Assembly (NCBI GenBank): GCA_963674675.2
Contig: CAXXNM010000003.1
Coordinates: 2,044,133-2,108,132, forward strand
DNA from: Desulfobacteraceae bacterium
GTDB lineage: Bacteria > Desulfobacterota > Desulfobacteria > Desulfobacterales > Desulfobacteraceae
Direction: 5' to 3'
Length of the DNA stretch: 64,000 nt
Shown here: one piece after another, positions 29,129 to 39,245 of the stretch
How the letters are laid out: the number at the start of each line of letters is the position of its first letter
How positions within the stretch are numbered: position 1 is the stretch's first letter
Position numbers and translations under genes: made by a program
The notes under the pieces: model-generated
Seen by the model: only the letters and a program-made list of their open reading frames with translations
Databases searched by the model: none
Told to the model about the DNA's origin: nothing

Positions 29129-30085
29129 ATGTATGATAACCACCTTAGTTATCCCAAGGAAATTATTCTTGAAGTAACCAATATATGCAACCTTCAATGT
29201 AGATTCTGCCATTTCCATGGAGAAGATGCGCAGATAAGAAGAAAACTTGGTTGCATGGCACCGGAGGTGTGGGAAAAACTCCTTAGGGAGATAAGGCAGT
29301 GGGACAGGCCATGTACCATTCTTACCCATGGAGCAGGAGAACCGCTTTTATATCCACACCTTGAAGCTCTATTGACGGCCCTGAAAGATATTCCCAAGGT
29401 ACATACTGGTTTCATGAGCAATGGAATGCTCTTGACCCCTGAAATTTCAAAGATGCTTGTGGCTCTTCAGATCAACAGCCTTGCTTTGAGCATTGATGGG
29501 GTTTTGCCTGAAACCCACGACTATTTTCGTAAAAATGCCAACCTCAAACTAATTGAGGAAAATGTAAACCATCTGATAGCCGAAAAGAAACGGACAGGCT
29601 CGCCCCTTCCTTCCCTCACATTTAATATGGTGGGATATCCGGATATTTTTGAGCAGGAAGACGCTTATGTAAAAAAATGGCTGCCCCATGCCGATTCTGT
29701 AATGATTTCAAAATTCAGGCCCGTGGGATCAAGAAAGCTGTGGGATGATGCTGATGCTCCTCCTTTTATGCCCTGCCCTCTTCTATACTCCCAGGCTGTT
29801 ATCTCCATAGAAGGGGATGTCGGCCTTTGCTGTGAGGATATCAATCTGGATGTACCTGTGGGAAACCTGTTAAAAGACGACTTATTTAGTCTGTATAACA
29901 CCAGTTCTGTGCTGAATCGCTACCGGAATGCCCATGGGAAAAAAGATATTGCTCGCTTGAAACTCTGTTCAGACTGTCATGTCTGGGGATCCCATATCAT
30001 CCTTAAAAAATATAAGAAAACAATGGGAGAAATAAAAGCTCTCTGTCATGTCTCACCATCTGGGAAAGTGTATAAAAAAAATTAA
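29129..30085 (+). CDS. radical SAM protein with C-terminal SPASM/twitch-like cysteine cluster
   Basis: 'EVTNICNLQCRFCHF' (CX3CX2C). Later 'GDVGLCCED' and 'CSDCHVWG'. 'ggagga' RBS before the ATG at 29129. Confidence 0.8.
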   Translation: MYDNHLSYPKEIILEVTNICNLQCRFCHFHGEDAQIRRKLGCMAPEVWEKLLREIRQWDRPCTILTHGAGEPLLYPHLEALLTALKDIPKVHTGFMSNGMLLTPEISKMLVALQINSLALSIDGVLPETHDYFRKNANLKLIEENVNHLIAEKKRTGSPLPSLTFNMVGYPDIFEQEDAYVKKWLPHADSVMISKFRPVGSRKLWDDADAPPFMPCPLLYSQAVISIEGDVGLCCEDINLDVPVGNLLKDDLFSLYNTSSVLNRYRNAHGKKDIARLKLCSDCHVWGSHIILKKYKKTMGEIKALCHVSPSGKVYKKN

Positions 30086-30221
30086 TACAACTGCCGTGGA
30101 CAGCCCAGGCTTTTGATCCAGCTCTGCCCATAACGAGGCATTAAAGTTATCCGCCATTTACCGAGACTTTTTAATAAATTGACAATCATTATGAAATGAA
30201 AAATCCCATGATGGAATATAT

Positions 30222-31319
30222 ATGAGTGTAACCGCCGTCATTGTAAATTACTACACCTCAGCCTATCTGCCGGATATGTTAAGGGATCTGGCCGACTTCG
30301 ATGATATGGATAAGGTGTTTGTGGTGGATAACAGCGGAGAAGTGGATTTTTTTTCACTTCAAAACCTACTGCCTGGAAACTCGCTTCATGGAGTTGAGAT
30401 TCTCAAGCCCGGAAAAAATATAGGGTTCGGAGCTGCCGTCAACCTTGCCGCGGCCAAAGCCTCTTCTGAATATCTCCTGGTTATAAATCCCGATGTAAAA
30501 CTCTTTCCAGGATGCCTGGAGCATCTTCTTGATGCTGCCGGGAGATATGGATCGGTTTTGACCGGGCCGAGATTCTTCTGGGATGAGGCAAAAAGATACA
30601 GGCTTCCGCCAAGCCAGGGGGCATCTTCCTGGCTCGATTATGCCTTTGAAGCAGCAACCGTCAACCGCCTTGAGTTTGAACACATCTCATTTTACTGGCA
30701 GATGCGCCATGAAAGGTTCTGGGCAAAAACCATTCCGTTTACGGAAATTTTTCTTTCAGGAGCCTGTGTTCTGATTAAACGCGAATGGGCAGTGAGAAAA
30801 AATTCAACTGTTTTTGATGAAAGATTTTTTCTCTATTTTGAGGATAATGATATATCCTTGAGGGCTCATTTTGATGGTATACCACCTCTATGCGTACCGG
30901 CAGCAGAGGCCCTTCACCATTATGACCAGTCTCCTTCACCGGAAAGGGACAAAGTTGATCTTATGGGCATATCCCATGGAAAATTTTCCAAAAAGCATTA
31001 TGGAAACCTGAAATTTCTTTTGAAAAAAAAGGGACTATACATGCCGGATATAGATGATATAGGTCAGATTACCGATCCTTTTTCATTAAATCCAAAGACC
31101 TTTAAACCTGTGGGCGCCCTTTATTTTGAGATAGGAGTAAATCCCACTTTTATACCCTTTGCCCAGACAGAGCTTTCAATGATGGATCATGGAAAAAACA
31201 CTGAAGAATTTACACTGAATGAAGCCATCTGGAAGAGACTTGCAAAAGGAGTTTATTACGTAAGAATAAGGGACACGATAAAAGGGGTGCTGAAAATATG
31301 GAGATGGCAAAAAGTGTAG
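30222..31319 (+). CDS. family 2 glycosyltransferase
   Basis: 'VTAVIVNYYTSAYL', 'VVDNSG', 'NIGFGAAVNLAAAKASSEYLLVINPDV' and 'YFEDNDISLR'. Confidence 0.85.
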   Translation: MSVTAVIVNYYTSAYLPDMLRDLADFDDMDKVFVVDNSGEVDFFSLQNLLPGNSLHGVEILKPGKNIGFGAAVNLAAAKASSEYLLVINPDVKLFPGCLEHLLDAAGRYGSVLTGPRFFWDEAKRYRLPPSQGASSWLDYAFEAATVNRLEFEHISFYWQMRHERFWAKTIPFTEIFLSGACVLIKREWAVRKNSTVFDERFFLYFEDNDISLRAHFDGIPPLCVPAAEALHHYDQSPSPERDKVDLMGISHGKFSKKHYGNLKFLLKKKGLYMPDIDDIGQITDPFSLNPKTFKPVGALYFEIGVNPTFIPFAQTELSMMDHGKNTEEFTLNEAIWKRLAKGVYYVRIRDTIKGVLKIWRWQKV

Positions 31320-31379
31320 TTTCTTAGAAAAATGAGCCATCCAAAGTCAATGCCCCCTGAGCTAAAGATTGGATAGATA

Positions 31380-31649
31380 TTATTGGCCGATATTTTTTTT
31401 CGCTTTTTCAATCAGATCAAACAAAGTGCTAACTTTGTTTTCAGGCCTGGTAAAAATAATCTTTTTCTCCTCATCAGTATAATTATCATTAATAAATTTT
31501 TCCACCGGAAATCTTTCAAACCAGCAGTCTAAAACTTTAAAACAGGGCAAACCATCCTTGGCGATCCTGCAATAGGAAAAATCAACCTCATGGCCAAGCA
31601 TTCTGCAATAACCCCTTGTTGAATCAAATCTATTTTTTTCCATGCCCAA
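31380..31649 (-). CDS. small cysteine-containing hypothetical protein (89 aa)
   Basis: Clean ORF with four Cys in 'YCRMLGHEVDFSYCRIAKDGLPCFKVLDCW'. No family recognised. Confidence 0.45.
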   Translation of the reverse strand: MGMEKNRFDSTRGYCRMLGHEVDFSYCRIAKDGLPCFKVLDCWFERFPVEKFINDNYTDEEKKIIFTRPENKVSTLFDLIEKAKKNIGQ

Positions 31650-31678
31650 TATTATTCCATGGTTTTTTATATGAACGC

Positions 31679-31771
31679 GTAGGGGCAGGCCACCGTGCCT
31701 GCCCTTTAACAGGGCACCCAGGGGCGCCCCTGCTATATTTCATTCTTCGTTGTGCCTGACAGGGCATGACC
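31679..31771. repeat. GC-rich REP-like hairpin cluster
   Basis: 'gtaggggcaggccaccgtgcctgccc', 'aggggcgcccct' and 'tttcattcttcgttgtgcctgacagggcatgacc'. The last is the reverse complement of the motif at 46876-46940. Confidence 0.7.
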
Positions 31772-31772
31772 A

Positions 31773-33173
31773 TTATAAAGAAGGAACAGGATTTCCTTTG
31801 ATGCTTCGATCAAGGGTCTCTTGAAGCTCCTTTTCAGACAGCTCACAGTTTTTCAGTTCACCTGCCATATACTTGCTGTAACCGTTAAGATCCATGAGAC
31901 CATGACCACTGAGGTTAAAAAGGATGGTTCTTTCCTTGCCCTCTTCCTTTGCCTCAAGAGCCTTTCTAATGGTTGCCGCAATTGCATGGCTTGTTTCAGG
32001 TGCCACGATCATCCCTTCGGTTCTGGCAAATATCATTGCAGCCTCATAGCATTCGAGTTGCTTCAATGACATGGGAGTCATAAGTCCCTGGGCCGTTGCC
32101 TGGGAAACAAGGGGTGCCATACCGTGGTATCTCAAGCCTCCTGCATGGATGGGTGCGGGAATAAAATCATGTCCCAGGGAATACATGGGCAACATAGGAG
32201 TCATTTTTGCCACATCTCCGTGATCATAGGCATAGGGGCCCCGGGTCAAGGTCGGGCAGGATGCAGGCTCGACAGGTATGATTTCAATGTCTGTCCCGTT
32301 GATCTTATCTAAAGCAAAGGGGAATGCAAGACCTGCAAAGTTACTGCCTCCACCGGCACAGCCGATGACGGTATCCACCTTTTTAATGCCGGCTTTTTCA
32401 AGCTGTTTTTTAGCCTCAAGGCCGATGATGGTCTGGTGCAGCATCACATGGTTGAGCACGCTGCCCAGGGAATAACGGGTTTCCCCGGAAGTATCCGCGA
32501 CAGCCGCTTCCACGGCTTCACTGATGGCAATGCCAAGGCTTCCCGGGGTATCTGGGATTTTGGCAAGTATTGCCCGCCCGGCCGCTGTTTCAGATGAAGG
32601 ACTGGCAATACACTGTCCACCCCAGGTCTCCATCATGATTTTTCTAAAAGGCTTTTGGTCAAAACTGATTCTGACCATAAAAACCTTGCACTCAAGTCCG
32701 ATAAGGTTACAGGCGTAGGAGAGCGCACTACCCCATTGGCCGGCCCCGGTTTCCGTTGTCAGTTTCTTTATGCCGAACTCCTTATTGTACCATGCCTGGG
32801 CCACTGCTGTATTGGGTTTGTGGCTGCCGGCAGGTGATACGCTTTCATCCTTGAAAAAAATTTTAGCCGGGGTTTGAAGATATTTTTCAAGATAAACAGC
32901 CCTTCTCAAAGGAGAGGGTCTCCAGCGGTAAAGCAGATCAAGAATTCCCTCTGGAATATCGATCCATCTTTTCTGGCTGACCTCCTGCTCAATTATATTC
33001 ATGGGAAAAACCGGAGCCAGCATTTCAGGGGAAACGGGATTTCCGTCCGGTCCCAGGGGCGGGTTCATTGTACCTGGAAGATCAGCAGCAATATTATACC
33101 ATTGACGTGGAATTTCATCTTCATTTAAAAATATTTTTACCGCCACTTTGTTCTCCTTTTCATTACAATTCAT
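31773..33173 (-). CDS. TrpB-like PLP-dependent enzyme (TrpB2-type tryptophan synthase beta)
   Basis: '[26 protein letters not shown]', 'GAGQWGSAL' and '[13 protein letters not shown]'. Confidence 0.85.
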   Translation of the reverse strand: MNCNEKENKVAVKIFLNEDEIPRQWYNIAADLPGTMNPPLGPDGNPVSPEMLAPVFPMNIIEQEVSQKRWIDIPEGILDLLYRWRPSPLRRAVYLEKYLQTPAKIFFKDESVSPAGSHKPNTAVAQAWYNKEFGIKKLTTETGAGQWGSALSYACNLIGLECKVFMVRISFDQKPFRKIMMETWGGQCIASPSSETAAGRAILAKIPDTPGSLGIAISEAVEAAVADTSGETRYSLGSVLNHVMLHQTIIGLEAKKQLEKAGIKKVDTVIGCAGGGSNFAGLAFPFALDKINGTDIEIIPVEPASCPTLTRGPYAYDHGDVAKMTPMLPMYSLGHDFIPAPIHAGGLRYHGMAPLVSQATAQGLMTPMSLKQLECYEAAMIFARTEGMIVAPETSHAIAATIRKALEAKEEGKERTILFNLSGHGLMDLNGYSKYMAGELKNCELSEKELQETLDRSIKGNPVPSL

Positions 33174-33453
33174 AACATAGTGTTAAATTGATTAATTAAA
33201 AATAAAACTATACTTTTATTGTTTCTTTTGATAGAAACAAAATCTCAGTTTTTAATTTTTTTGTCAATGATTTTATTTTTCACATATATTTTTGACAGGC
33301 TTTTATCAAGGCTGCTATGGGACTATCCCGCCATCATTAACGAAGATTGATGTTCCAGAATTGTACCTGAAATCCCAAGTTAATTGTAGAGAGTTTTGCA
33401 GTTTACAATGAGGCCTGCCTTGTTTTTATTTTGAACCTGAAAGGAGATTAAAG

Positions 33454-34425
33454 ATGAAAAAATGTGTTATGGTGTTTTTGGCGCTTATTGGGGCCTTCAC
33501 GATTTTGACAGAAAACCCGGCTTCAGCCTATGATCTGCCATCGGTAAACCTGGGATTTACAACATTCCTGGACGGAGGCCCTCCTGCGGGCCCTGGACTT
33601 TATTTTACCCAGTACCTTCAATATTGGACCTCGGACGATTTCACCGATGTCGACGGCGACGGGGCGCTGCCTCCAGATGCGGGCGAGGATTTAGACGCAT
33701 GGATCAGCCTGTCACAATTTATATATCAATCTGATAAGGAACTGTTATTAGGTGGCAAATGGGGCATTGACGTTATTATCCCCACGGTCTCCCTGGATCT
33801 GGGCTACGACAATGATTACAACGGCGGGCTTCCCCAGGACAATGGTTCCGGTGTGGGAGATATTCTTATAGGCCCCTATCTTCAATGGGATCCCATCATG
33901 GGCAAAAACGGCCCGATTTTCATGCACAGAATAGAACTGCAGATGATTTTTCCCACCGGTGAATACGATGAAGATAAGGAACTCAATCCAGGAAGCAACT
34001 TTTTTTCATTCAACCCCTATTGGACGGGTACGCTGTTTATAACTCCTCAGCTTACAGCCAGCACACGTATTCATTATCTTTGGAACGACAAGAATGATGA
34101 TCCAGGCAGAGCCTACCAGGCTCAGGGAGCTGATGATGTCCAGGCAGGCCAGGCCTTTCACGCAAACTTTGCCATGGCCTATGAAATCATTCCCAAAAGT
34201 CTCAGGATAGGAATAAATGGCTATTACCTAAAGCAGATCACTGAAACGGAAATGGACGGAGATGAACTGTCCGGAACCAAGGAACAGGTTTTTGCCATAG
34301 GCCCAGGTTTAGTGTATCACATTTCCAGAGACAACCACCTCTTTTTTAACGCGTATTTTGAATCCAATGCTGAAAACAGACCCGAAGGAGAGCGTTTTAA
34401 CATCCGCTGGGTGCATCATTTCTGA
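33454..34425 (+). CDS. outer-membrane beta-barrel protein (MetA-pathway/phenol-degradation-like transporter family)
   Basis: Signal peptide ending 'NPASA'. '[24 protein letters not shown]'. Alternating beta-strand pattern. C-terminal 'RWVHHF'. Confidence 0.55.
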   Translation: MKKCVMVFLALIGAFTILTENPASAYDLPSVNLGFTTFLDGGPPAGPGLYFTQYLQYWTSDDFTDVDGDGALPPDAGEDLDAWISLSQFIYQSDKELLLGGKWGIDVIIPTVSLDLGYDNDYNGGLPQDNGSGVGDILIGPYLQWDPIMGKNGPIFMHRIELQMIFPTGEYDEDKELNPGSNFFSFNPYWTGTLFITPQLTASTRIHYLWNDKNDDPGRAYQAQGADDVQAGQAFHANFAMAYEIIPKSLRIGINGYYLKQITETEMDGDELSGTKEQVFAIGPGLVYHISRDNHLFFNAYFESNAENRPEGERFNIRWVHHF

Positions 34426-34449
34426 TAATTTGATACCTTCCCACCCCTT

Positions 34450-34512
34450 ATAACTTCCATGGGCAGACCAGGGTTTGACCCTGCTCTGCCCCAAATAAAC
34501 CATGAAAGTCAT
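34450..34512. repeat. REP-like hairpin element
   Basis: 'ataacttccatgggcagaccagggtttgaccctgctctgcccc..catgaaagtcat'. Same family as 46876-46940. Confidence 0.7.
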
Positions 34513-34723
34513 ATAGGGTTTTCGGAAGAGTTTCATGTAAAAAATTTCATCATTTCATTAAAACCACTCCACACATCAATATCATCTTGTGAAGCCAGCA
34601 TGCTCAAAAATAATCAGGAGATGATATTGACTGAGCCAAGTAATCTTATAGACTTTAATCCTTTGCTGTGATAAATCTTTATTATTTGATAACCTGGAAT
34701 ATTTACATAAGGAGTTGTCAATA

Positions 34724-35587
34724 ATGGGCATTAGAATTATATTTTTTAGAGTTTTTATGGTCTTTTTTTCGATGCTCATATTCTGTGCATCATCCTATGC
34801 AGATAACCTGAAACTGGCTGTGTATCCCTCCAACGCTCCTGAAAAGCTCATAATTCCCATGAAAATCATGGCAGAATATCTAAGCAGTAAGAGCAATGAT
34901 GACATTACCGCCGTAGTAACAAGGGATTACGAAGAATTATCCCAGCGTCTTAAAAACAAGTCCGTTCAGATCGCATGGATAAATCCGATAAATTACATCA
35001 AGATGAGGGCTGAAAATCCATTATTAAAATACATTGCCACCTATATGGAAAAAAATGAAGAAACAGGGAAGATCATACCATATTATCAATCCTTCATCAT
35101 TACATTGAAAACATCCGGGATCAATAGTGTTAATGAGGCCGAGGGTTTACGGTTCGCCTTTACCGACCCTGGTTCAACATCGGGGTATGCCTTTCCAAAT
35201 ATGATGCTGCACAGACAGGGAATTATTCCAGAATCTTTTTTTCTGAAAGTTTTTTTCCTGAAAAAACATGACAGGGTTATCGAGGCACTGATTCATGGAT
35301 CCATCGATGTGGGGGCTGTTTCAGATGGAACCTACTATAGCGCCCAAAGAAAGTATGGCAACGTATTTTCCATACTTGAAAAATCAGACCCCATACCCCT
35401 TGATCCCATAGTTGCCTGTGAAGATGTGAGTGATGAAAAAATTTTGTTATACCGTGAGATATTAATATCAATGGGCGAAGACCACGAGTTCAACAAATCC
35501 ATGAGAGAAAACCTTGGTTGGAATGCTGCTGGTTTTGCGGTTAAAAATGATCAGTTCTACAACTCAATGCGGGAGGCTTTGAAATAA
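34724..35587 (+). CDS. PhnD-like (phosphonate-type) periplasmic substrate-binding protein
   Basis: Signal peptide, 'LKLAVYPSNAPEKL', 'DYEELSQRLKNKSVQIAWINP' and 'FAFTDPGSTSGYAFP'. 'aaggag' RBS before the ATG at 34724. Confidence 0.65.
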   Translation: MGIRIIFFRVFMVFFSMLIFCASSYADNLKLAVYPSNAPEKLIIPMKIMAEYLSSKSNDDITAVVTRDYEELSQRLKNKSVQIAWINPINYIKMRAENPLLKYIATYMEKNEETGKIIPYYQSFIITLKTSGINSVNEAEGLRFAFTDPGSTSGYAFPNMMLHRQGIIPESFFLKVFFLKKHDRVIEALIHGSIDVGAVSDGTYYSAQRKYGNVFSILEKSDPIPLDPIVACEDVSDEKILLYREILISMGEDHEFNKSMRENLGWNAAGFAVKNDQFYNSMREALK

Positions 35588-35592
35588 GACCC

Positions 35593-36816
35593 ATGTCCCT
35601 GTATGCCAAAATATTCATGGCAACTATGCTCCCCTTGATGATGTTTTTTTTAGTGGGAGTAATTCAAATTCAAAATGTCATACAAAAATACGAATCAGCC
35701 CTGAAGCACAACTATGAACTCAAGGCCCAAGGAGTTCAGGAAAATATAAGCCAGGTACTTGCCCAAATGAAAACCGCGGCATCGGTCTTATCAGAGTCAA
35801 AAGAGATATCAAAGGCCCTTCAAAAAGCAGACAACAATGTTCTTTTTGATATAAGCAAAAGATTCATCAACCCCATAAACTCGATTATTTTTGCAGATAC
35901 ATTGGGAACGGTTATTTCCAGAGCACCTGATGAATACCGATTTGGAGATAATGTCTCGGCTGAATGCTATTTCAAATATACAATGGAAGAACAATTTTTT
36001 CTTGGTTTGGCCGCCTTGGATAAAATCAAAAGCATTGTTATGGCAAAGCCCATTAAAAAATATGATGATATAGCCGTTGGCCTGGTTTGTGTCAGCATTT
36101 CTATTACAAGGGACTTATTAAAATCTTTTTCTGATGATAAGAATATTGTTGTTGAATTCATTATAAACGGCCAGAATTATTTGAGCAGTTCCAGCCAAAA
36201 CAGAAAAATTATACATACTGAGCCATTAGAAAACATAATTGAAAATACCCATGATACAGTGAAAATCCATGTTCATTTTGGGGAAGATCAGTATTTTTCA
36301 GGTTTATTGAACATAAGAAAATCACTATATTTAACAAGTATTCCCTCCCTTTTAATTTTGCTGATCATGTTGACTCTTATTTTAAACCGCCAGCTTAAAC
36401 CATATTCCATGATAGTCGGCCTGATATTAAACTACTCCAATCATAAAATAAAAACAGATGAACTGAAAAACCGCCTCATGGATGTTAGAAAAATGTCCGC
36501 CAATGGAGCTTTTAGAATCAGTAATGCCCTGATTCAAATGCTTGATGTTATTGAAAATCATTTCAAAAAAACAGAAGAATACAACCTTAGGCTCAGCCAA
36601 GCCAATCAAAAGCTCGAAAAAAGCCTTAATGAGGTAAAAAAACTGAGCGGTCTTCTTCCGATATGCTCCCATTGCAAGAAGATTCGTGATGATAAAGGAT
36701 ACTGGAATCAGATTGAAGAATATATCCAAAAACATTCCGAAGCTCAATTCAGCCACGGCATATGTAAGGAATGTGCAAAAAAACATTACCCGGATTTAGA
36801 CCTTTACAAAGATTGA
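35593..36816 (+). CDS. membrane sensor protein with periplasmic Cache-like region, coiled coil and a Cys-rich C-terminal module
   Basis: Two TM segments flank a periplasmic domain of about 210 aa. C-terminal 'LPICSHCKKIRDDKGYWNQIEEYIQKHSEAQFSHGICKECAKKHYP'. No kinase, GGDEF or HD domain seen. Confidence 0.6.
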   Translation: MSLYAKIFMATMLPLMMFFLVGVIQIQNVIQKYESALKHNYELKAQGVQENISQVLAQMKTAASVLSESKEISKALQKADNNVLFDISKRFINPINSIIFADTLGTVISRAPDEYRFGDNVSAECYFKYTMEEQFFLGLAALDKIKSIVMAKPIKKYDDIAVGLVCVSISITRDLLKSFSDDKNIVVEFIINGQNYLSSSSQNRKIIHTEPLENIIENTHDTVKIHVHFGEDQYFSGLLNIRKSLYLTSIPSLLILLIMLTLILNRQLKPYSMIVGLILNYSNHKIKTDELKNRLMDVRKMSANGAFRISNALIQMLDVIENHFKKTEEYNLRLSQANQKLEKSLNEVKKLSGLLPICSHCKKIRDDKGYWNQIEEYIQKHSEAQFSHGICKECAKKHYPDLDLYKD

Positions 36817-36818
36817 AT

Positions 36819-36943
36819 ACCCTCGGTTCGATTGATCACATAACATGCTGTAATATAATCAAAATCAAGCCATAATTTTTTAGAGATCAGTTTTTTCATG
36901 TGAATAAATTCAATAAGTTATGCAGAAATAATCGAACCCTTGG
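36819..36943. repeat. MITE-A family copy (inverted)
   Basis: 'accctcggttcgattgatcac ... ataatcgaacccttgg', starting 3 nt after the sensor gene stop. Confidence 0.85.
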
Positions 36944-37018
36944 TGAATAATTTATGTTTTTAAACATCCATAAAACAACCATAACGGCCTGATGGACAGA
37001 ACCAATAACTAAAAGATA

Positions 37019-37516
37019 TTGGATAACAATGACATGTGGAAATTGACAGATATTAACGACCAGACAGAAAACGGAAATTCATGTATAAAACAGGTACAAA
37101 ATTATATAGAGACAAAAAATCTCAACTTTATTGTCGCCCAGGGAAAACTCAAAAACATCAGGCATGATAAGCTAAATGCCGGTGAAGCTACAGATATTCT
37201 TAAGGGCTATGCTGCATGTGATTTTGCAAAGATCAGTTTTTTTAATAAAAAGCCGTCGCCTCCTTTTATTGCGGCAAATTTTAAACAAGATATTAAGACG
37301 GCAAGGGTTGAATACCTCATCGACTTCAATGAAGAGGCAAAAAACGGAGAGGCAAGCAAATTTTACAGCAAGATTCTTGGTGCCTTTGCAACACATTTAT
37401 TTTCTGAATGCCCTGAAATTGACAGGCTGTGGTTTCCATTTATAATAGAGGATATTGTGGGCAGTAAAATGGGTGTTGAATTAGATGCCAAAGGCACATC
37501 AATAATTCGCAGTTAA
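37019..37516 (+). CDS. hypothetical protein (165 aa)
   Basis: ORF only. Flanked by MITE-A and MITE-C copies. Start is uncertain (TTG 37019 or ATG 37034). Confidence 0.35.
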   Translation: MDNNDMWKLTDINDQTENGNSCIKQVQNYIETKNLNFIVAQGKLKNIRHDKLNAGEATDILKGYAACDFAKISFFNKKPSPPFIAANFKQDIKTARVEYLIDFNEEAKNGEASKFYSKILGAFATHLFSECPEIDRLWFPFIIEDIVGSKMGVELDAKGTSIIRS

Positions 37517-37584
37517 GGCTATTTTCAGAAATTTTAAAAGATGATAAAAAATCATAGCAATTTAAAATTGAAGAAAAAAATCTG

Positions 37585-37690
37585 GGCATGTTTAATATTG
37601 CCTCAAAAGTCGTTGACAGTTTTTTCAGAGAATTTCCTAAAATTCAAAGAATGTTTTTAAAAAGTGTCAACCGAGGAATGAATCATATCA
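37585..37690. repeat. MITE-C family copy (full length, inverted relative to 11757-11861)
   Basis: 'ggcatgtttaatattgcctcaaaagtcgttgacagtttttt ... aaaaagtgtcaaccgaggaatgaatcat'. Confidence 0.8.
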
Positions 37691-37732
37691 AAATCTGCAA
37701 TCTTAAATCATTGTAAGGTTAAACTCCACATA

Positions 37733-38062
37733 TCAGGCACTGGCTAATAAAAAGAAATATGTCACAGCAACAGAACCCAGCACAGGAATAATAATACCGC
37801 CCCTGTACAGGCCGTATAATATGGTAAAGCCCATGCCTGCAACCGCTGCAAAGGGAACCTCCGGCGTTGCCTGGAATACCCCTGGTACTATAAGAGAGCC
37901 CAGGGCTGCCACAGGAATGGCTTTTAAAAAGGCATCCAGGCGGGGAGAAATGGTTTTGCTGCTTAAAAATAAAAAAGGCATCAGTCTCGGCCCGTAGGTG
38001 ACCGCGGCCATCCCTAATATGATAAGTACAAGATTATTCATAGTTCTGCTCATCAGGTTCAT
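37733..38062 (-). CDS. azlD: branched-chain amino acid exporter small subunit
   Basis: 109-aa protein with 4 TM helices. Overlaps and follows an AzlC-like gene. Confidence 0.75.
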   Translation of the reverse strand: MNLMSRTMNNLVLIILGMAAVTYGPRLMPFLFLSSKTISPRLDAFLKAIPVAALGSLIVPGVFQATPEVPFAAVAGMGFTILYGLYRGGIIIPVLGSVAVTYFFLLASA

Positions 38063-38753
38063 CTGGGTTTATCATGTCATCTGCAACAAAGAATGTTGCG
38101 GTAAATGAAATTATCACAATACAGACAATTATTGTCCACCCCTTTGGAAGGATATTAAGGTATATCAAAAAAGTATTTAAAATTCCGGAAGCTACTGCCA
38201 TCACCAATGCCCTGTAAGATGTTTTAACTTCGGGCAAAAGTATGGCCAGAAGAAGAGCGTAAAGGGCAACTCCCATGCTTTTTGTCAATATATCAGACAA
38301 AAATCCGCCCAGTATATATCCTGCCAGACTGCCGCTCACCCAGGCAGAATATGCACACATCTCAAGTGAAAATATAAATGTTTTTGAAAGCTCACCCCTT
38401 GTAAAGGATAAAACTGAAAAAACCTCATCTGTGATGCCAAAAGCAATGGGAAAAATATATTTTTTCGGCAGGCTTCCTAAACGGTTTGAAAGGCTGGCGC
38501 TCATAAGAAAATGTCTGAAATTTACAAGAAGAGTGGTCAGAATAATCCCGCCGGGCCCCATTCCCGTTGCAAAGAGATTGAGGGCAATGAACTGGCTTGC
38601 TCCGGCAAAGACAAGGGCTGAAAACAAGAAACACTCCAGCAGGGTGACACCGCATCCCTTGGCTAAAATTCCAAATGCCACCGCGGCTGGAACATATCCT
38701 ATAAATATGGGGATTCCAGCTTTTACGGCTTTTTGTATCTCTTTTTTTACCAC
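38034..38753 (-). CDS. azlC: AzlC-family branched-chain amino acid exporter permease
   Basis: 'GIPIFIGYVPAAVAFGILA', 'FAGASQFIALNL' and 'LLVNFRHFLMSASL'. Confidence 0.8.
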   Translation of the reverse strand: MVKKEIQKAVKAGIPIFIGYVPAAVAFGILAKGCGVTLLECFLFSALVFAGASQFIALNLFATGMGPGGIILTTLLVNFRHFLMSASLSNRLGSLPKKYIFPIAFGITDEVFSVLSFTRGELSKTFIFSLEMCAYSAWVSGSLAGYILGGFLSDILTKSMGVALYALLLAILLPEVKTSYRALVMAVASGILNTFLIYLNILPKGWTIIVCIVIISFTATFFVADDMINPDEPDEQNYE

Positions 38754-38771
38754 TCCATATTCTCCTTTAAA

Positions 38772-38897
38772 CCAATGGTTCGATCATTTTTGCATAAATT
38801 ATTGAATTTATTGAGATGAAAAAAATGACCTCTAAAAAATTAGAGTCATATTTAACTTAGATTACAGCATGTTATGAGATCAATCGAACCGAGGGTT
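38772..38897. repeat. MITE-A family copy
   Basis: 'ccaatggttcgatcatttttgcataaattattgaatttatt ... atgagatcaatcgaaccgagggtt'. Confidence 0.85.
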
Positions 38898-39245
38898 TAA
38901 AGGCTCGATCTTTCGAATTCGTATGGGACGTTTTTTAAATTTCGTGTTTTGTGCTTTAAAAAAAAGTTTCAGCTCGGATTTTGCAGTTTTTGCAGATTCA
39001 AAATCCGTATAAAAAGCTTTAAAGCCGGTTTCCGGATATACCTCTTTAATGGATTCCCAATGATTAGGGGCAAGCTTTGCCTCAAGAATAAAAAGCTGGG
39101 GTCTTTTGATGGCAAGCAGGCAGATATCAGGGTCTATCTCATTTTCAAGATCCCGGATACGGGTTAAATGATTTTCATGGAGTTTGGCAAGTTTTATTTT
39201 CTGCTTTACATTTTTTAAGGTTTCTGTCACTGTTTTCTCTCTCAT
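38880..39245 (-). CDS. hypothetical protein (121 aa), C-terminus encoded by the MITE-A terminus
   Basis: ATGA start/stop overlap with the upstream lyase gene suggests translational coupling. The last codons '..NPRFD*' lie inside the MITE-A terminal repeat. Confidence 0.5.
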   Translation of the reverse strand: MREKTVTETLKNVKQKIKLAKLHENHLTRIRDLENEIDPDICLLAIKRPQLFILEAKLAPNHWESIKEVYPETGFKAFYTDFESAKTAKSELKLFFKAQNTKFKKRPIRIRKIEPLNPRFD

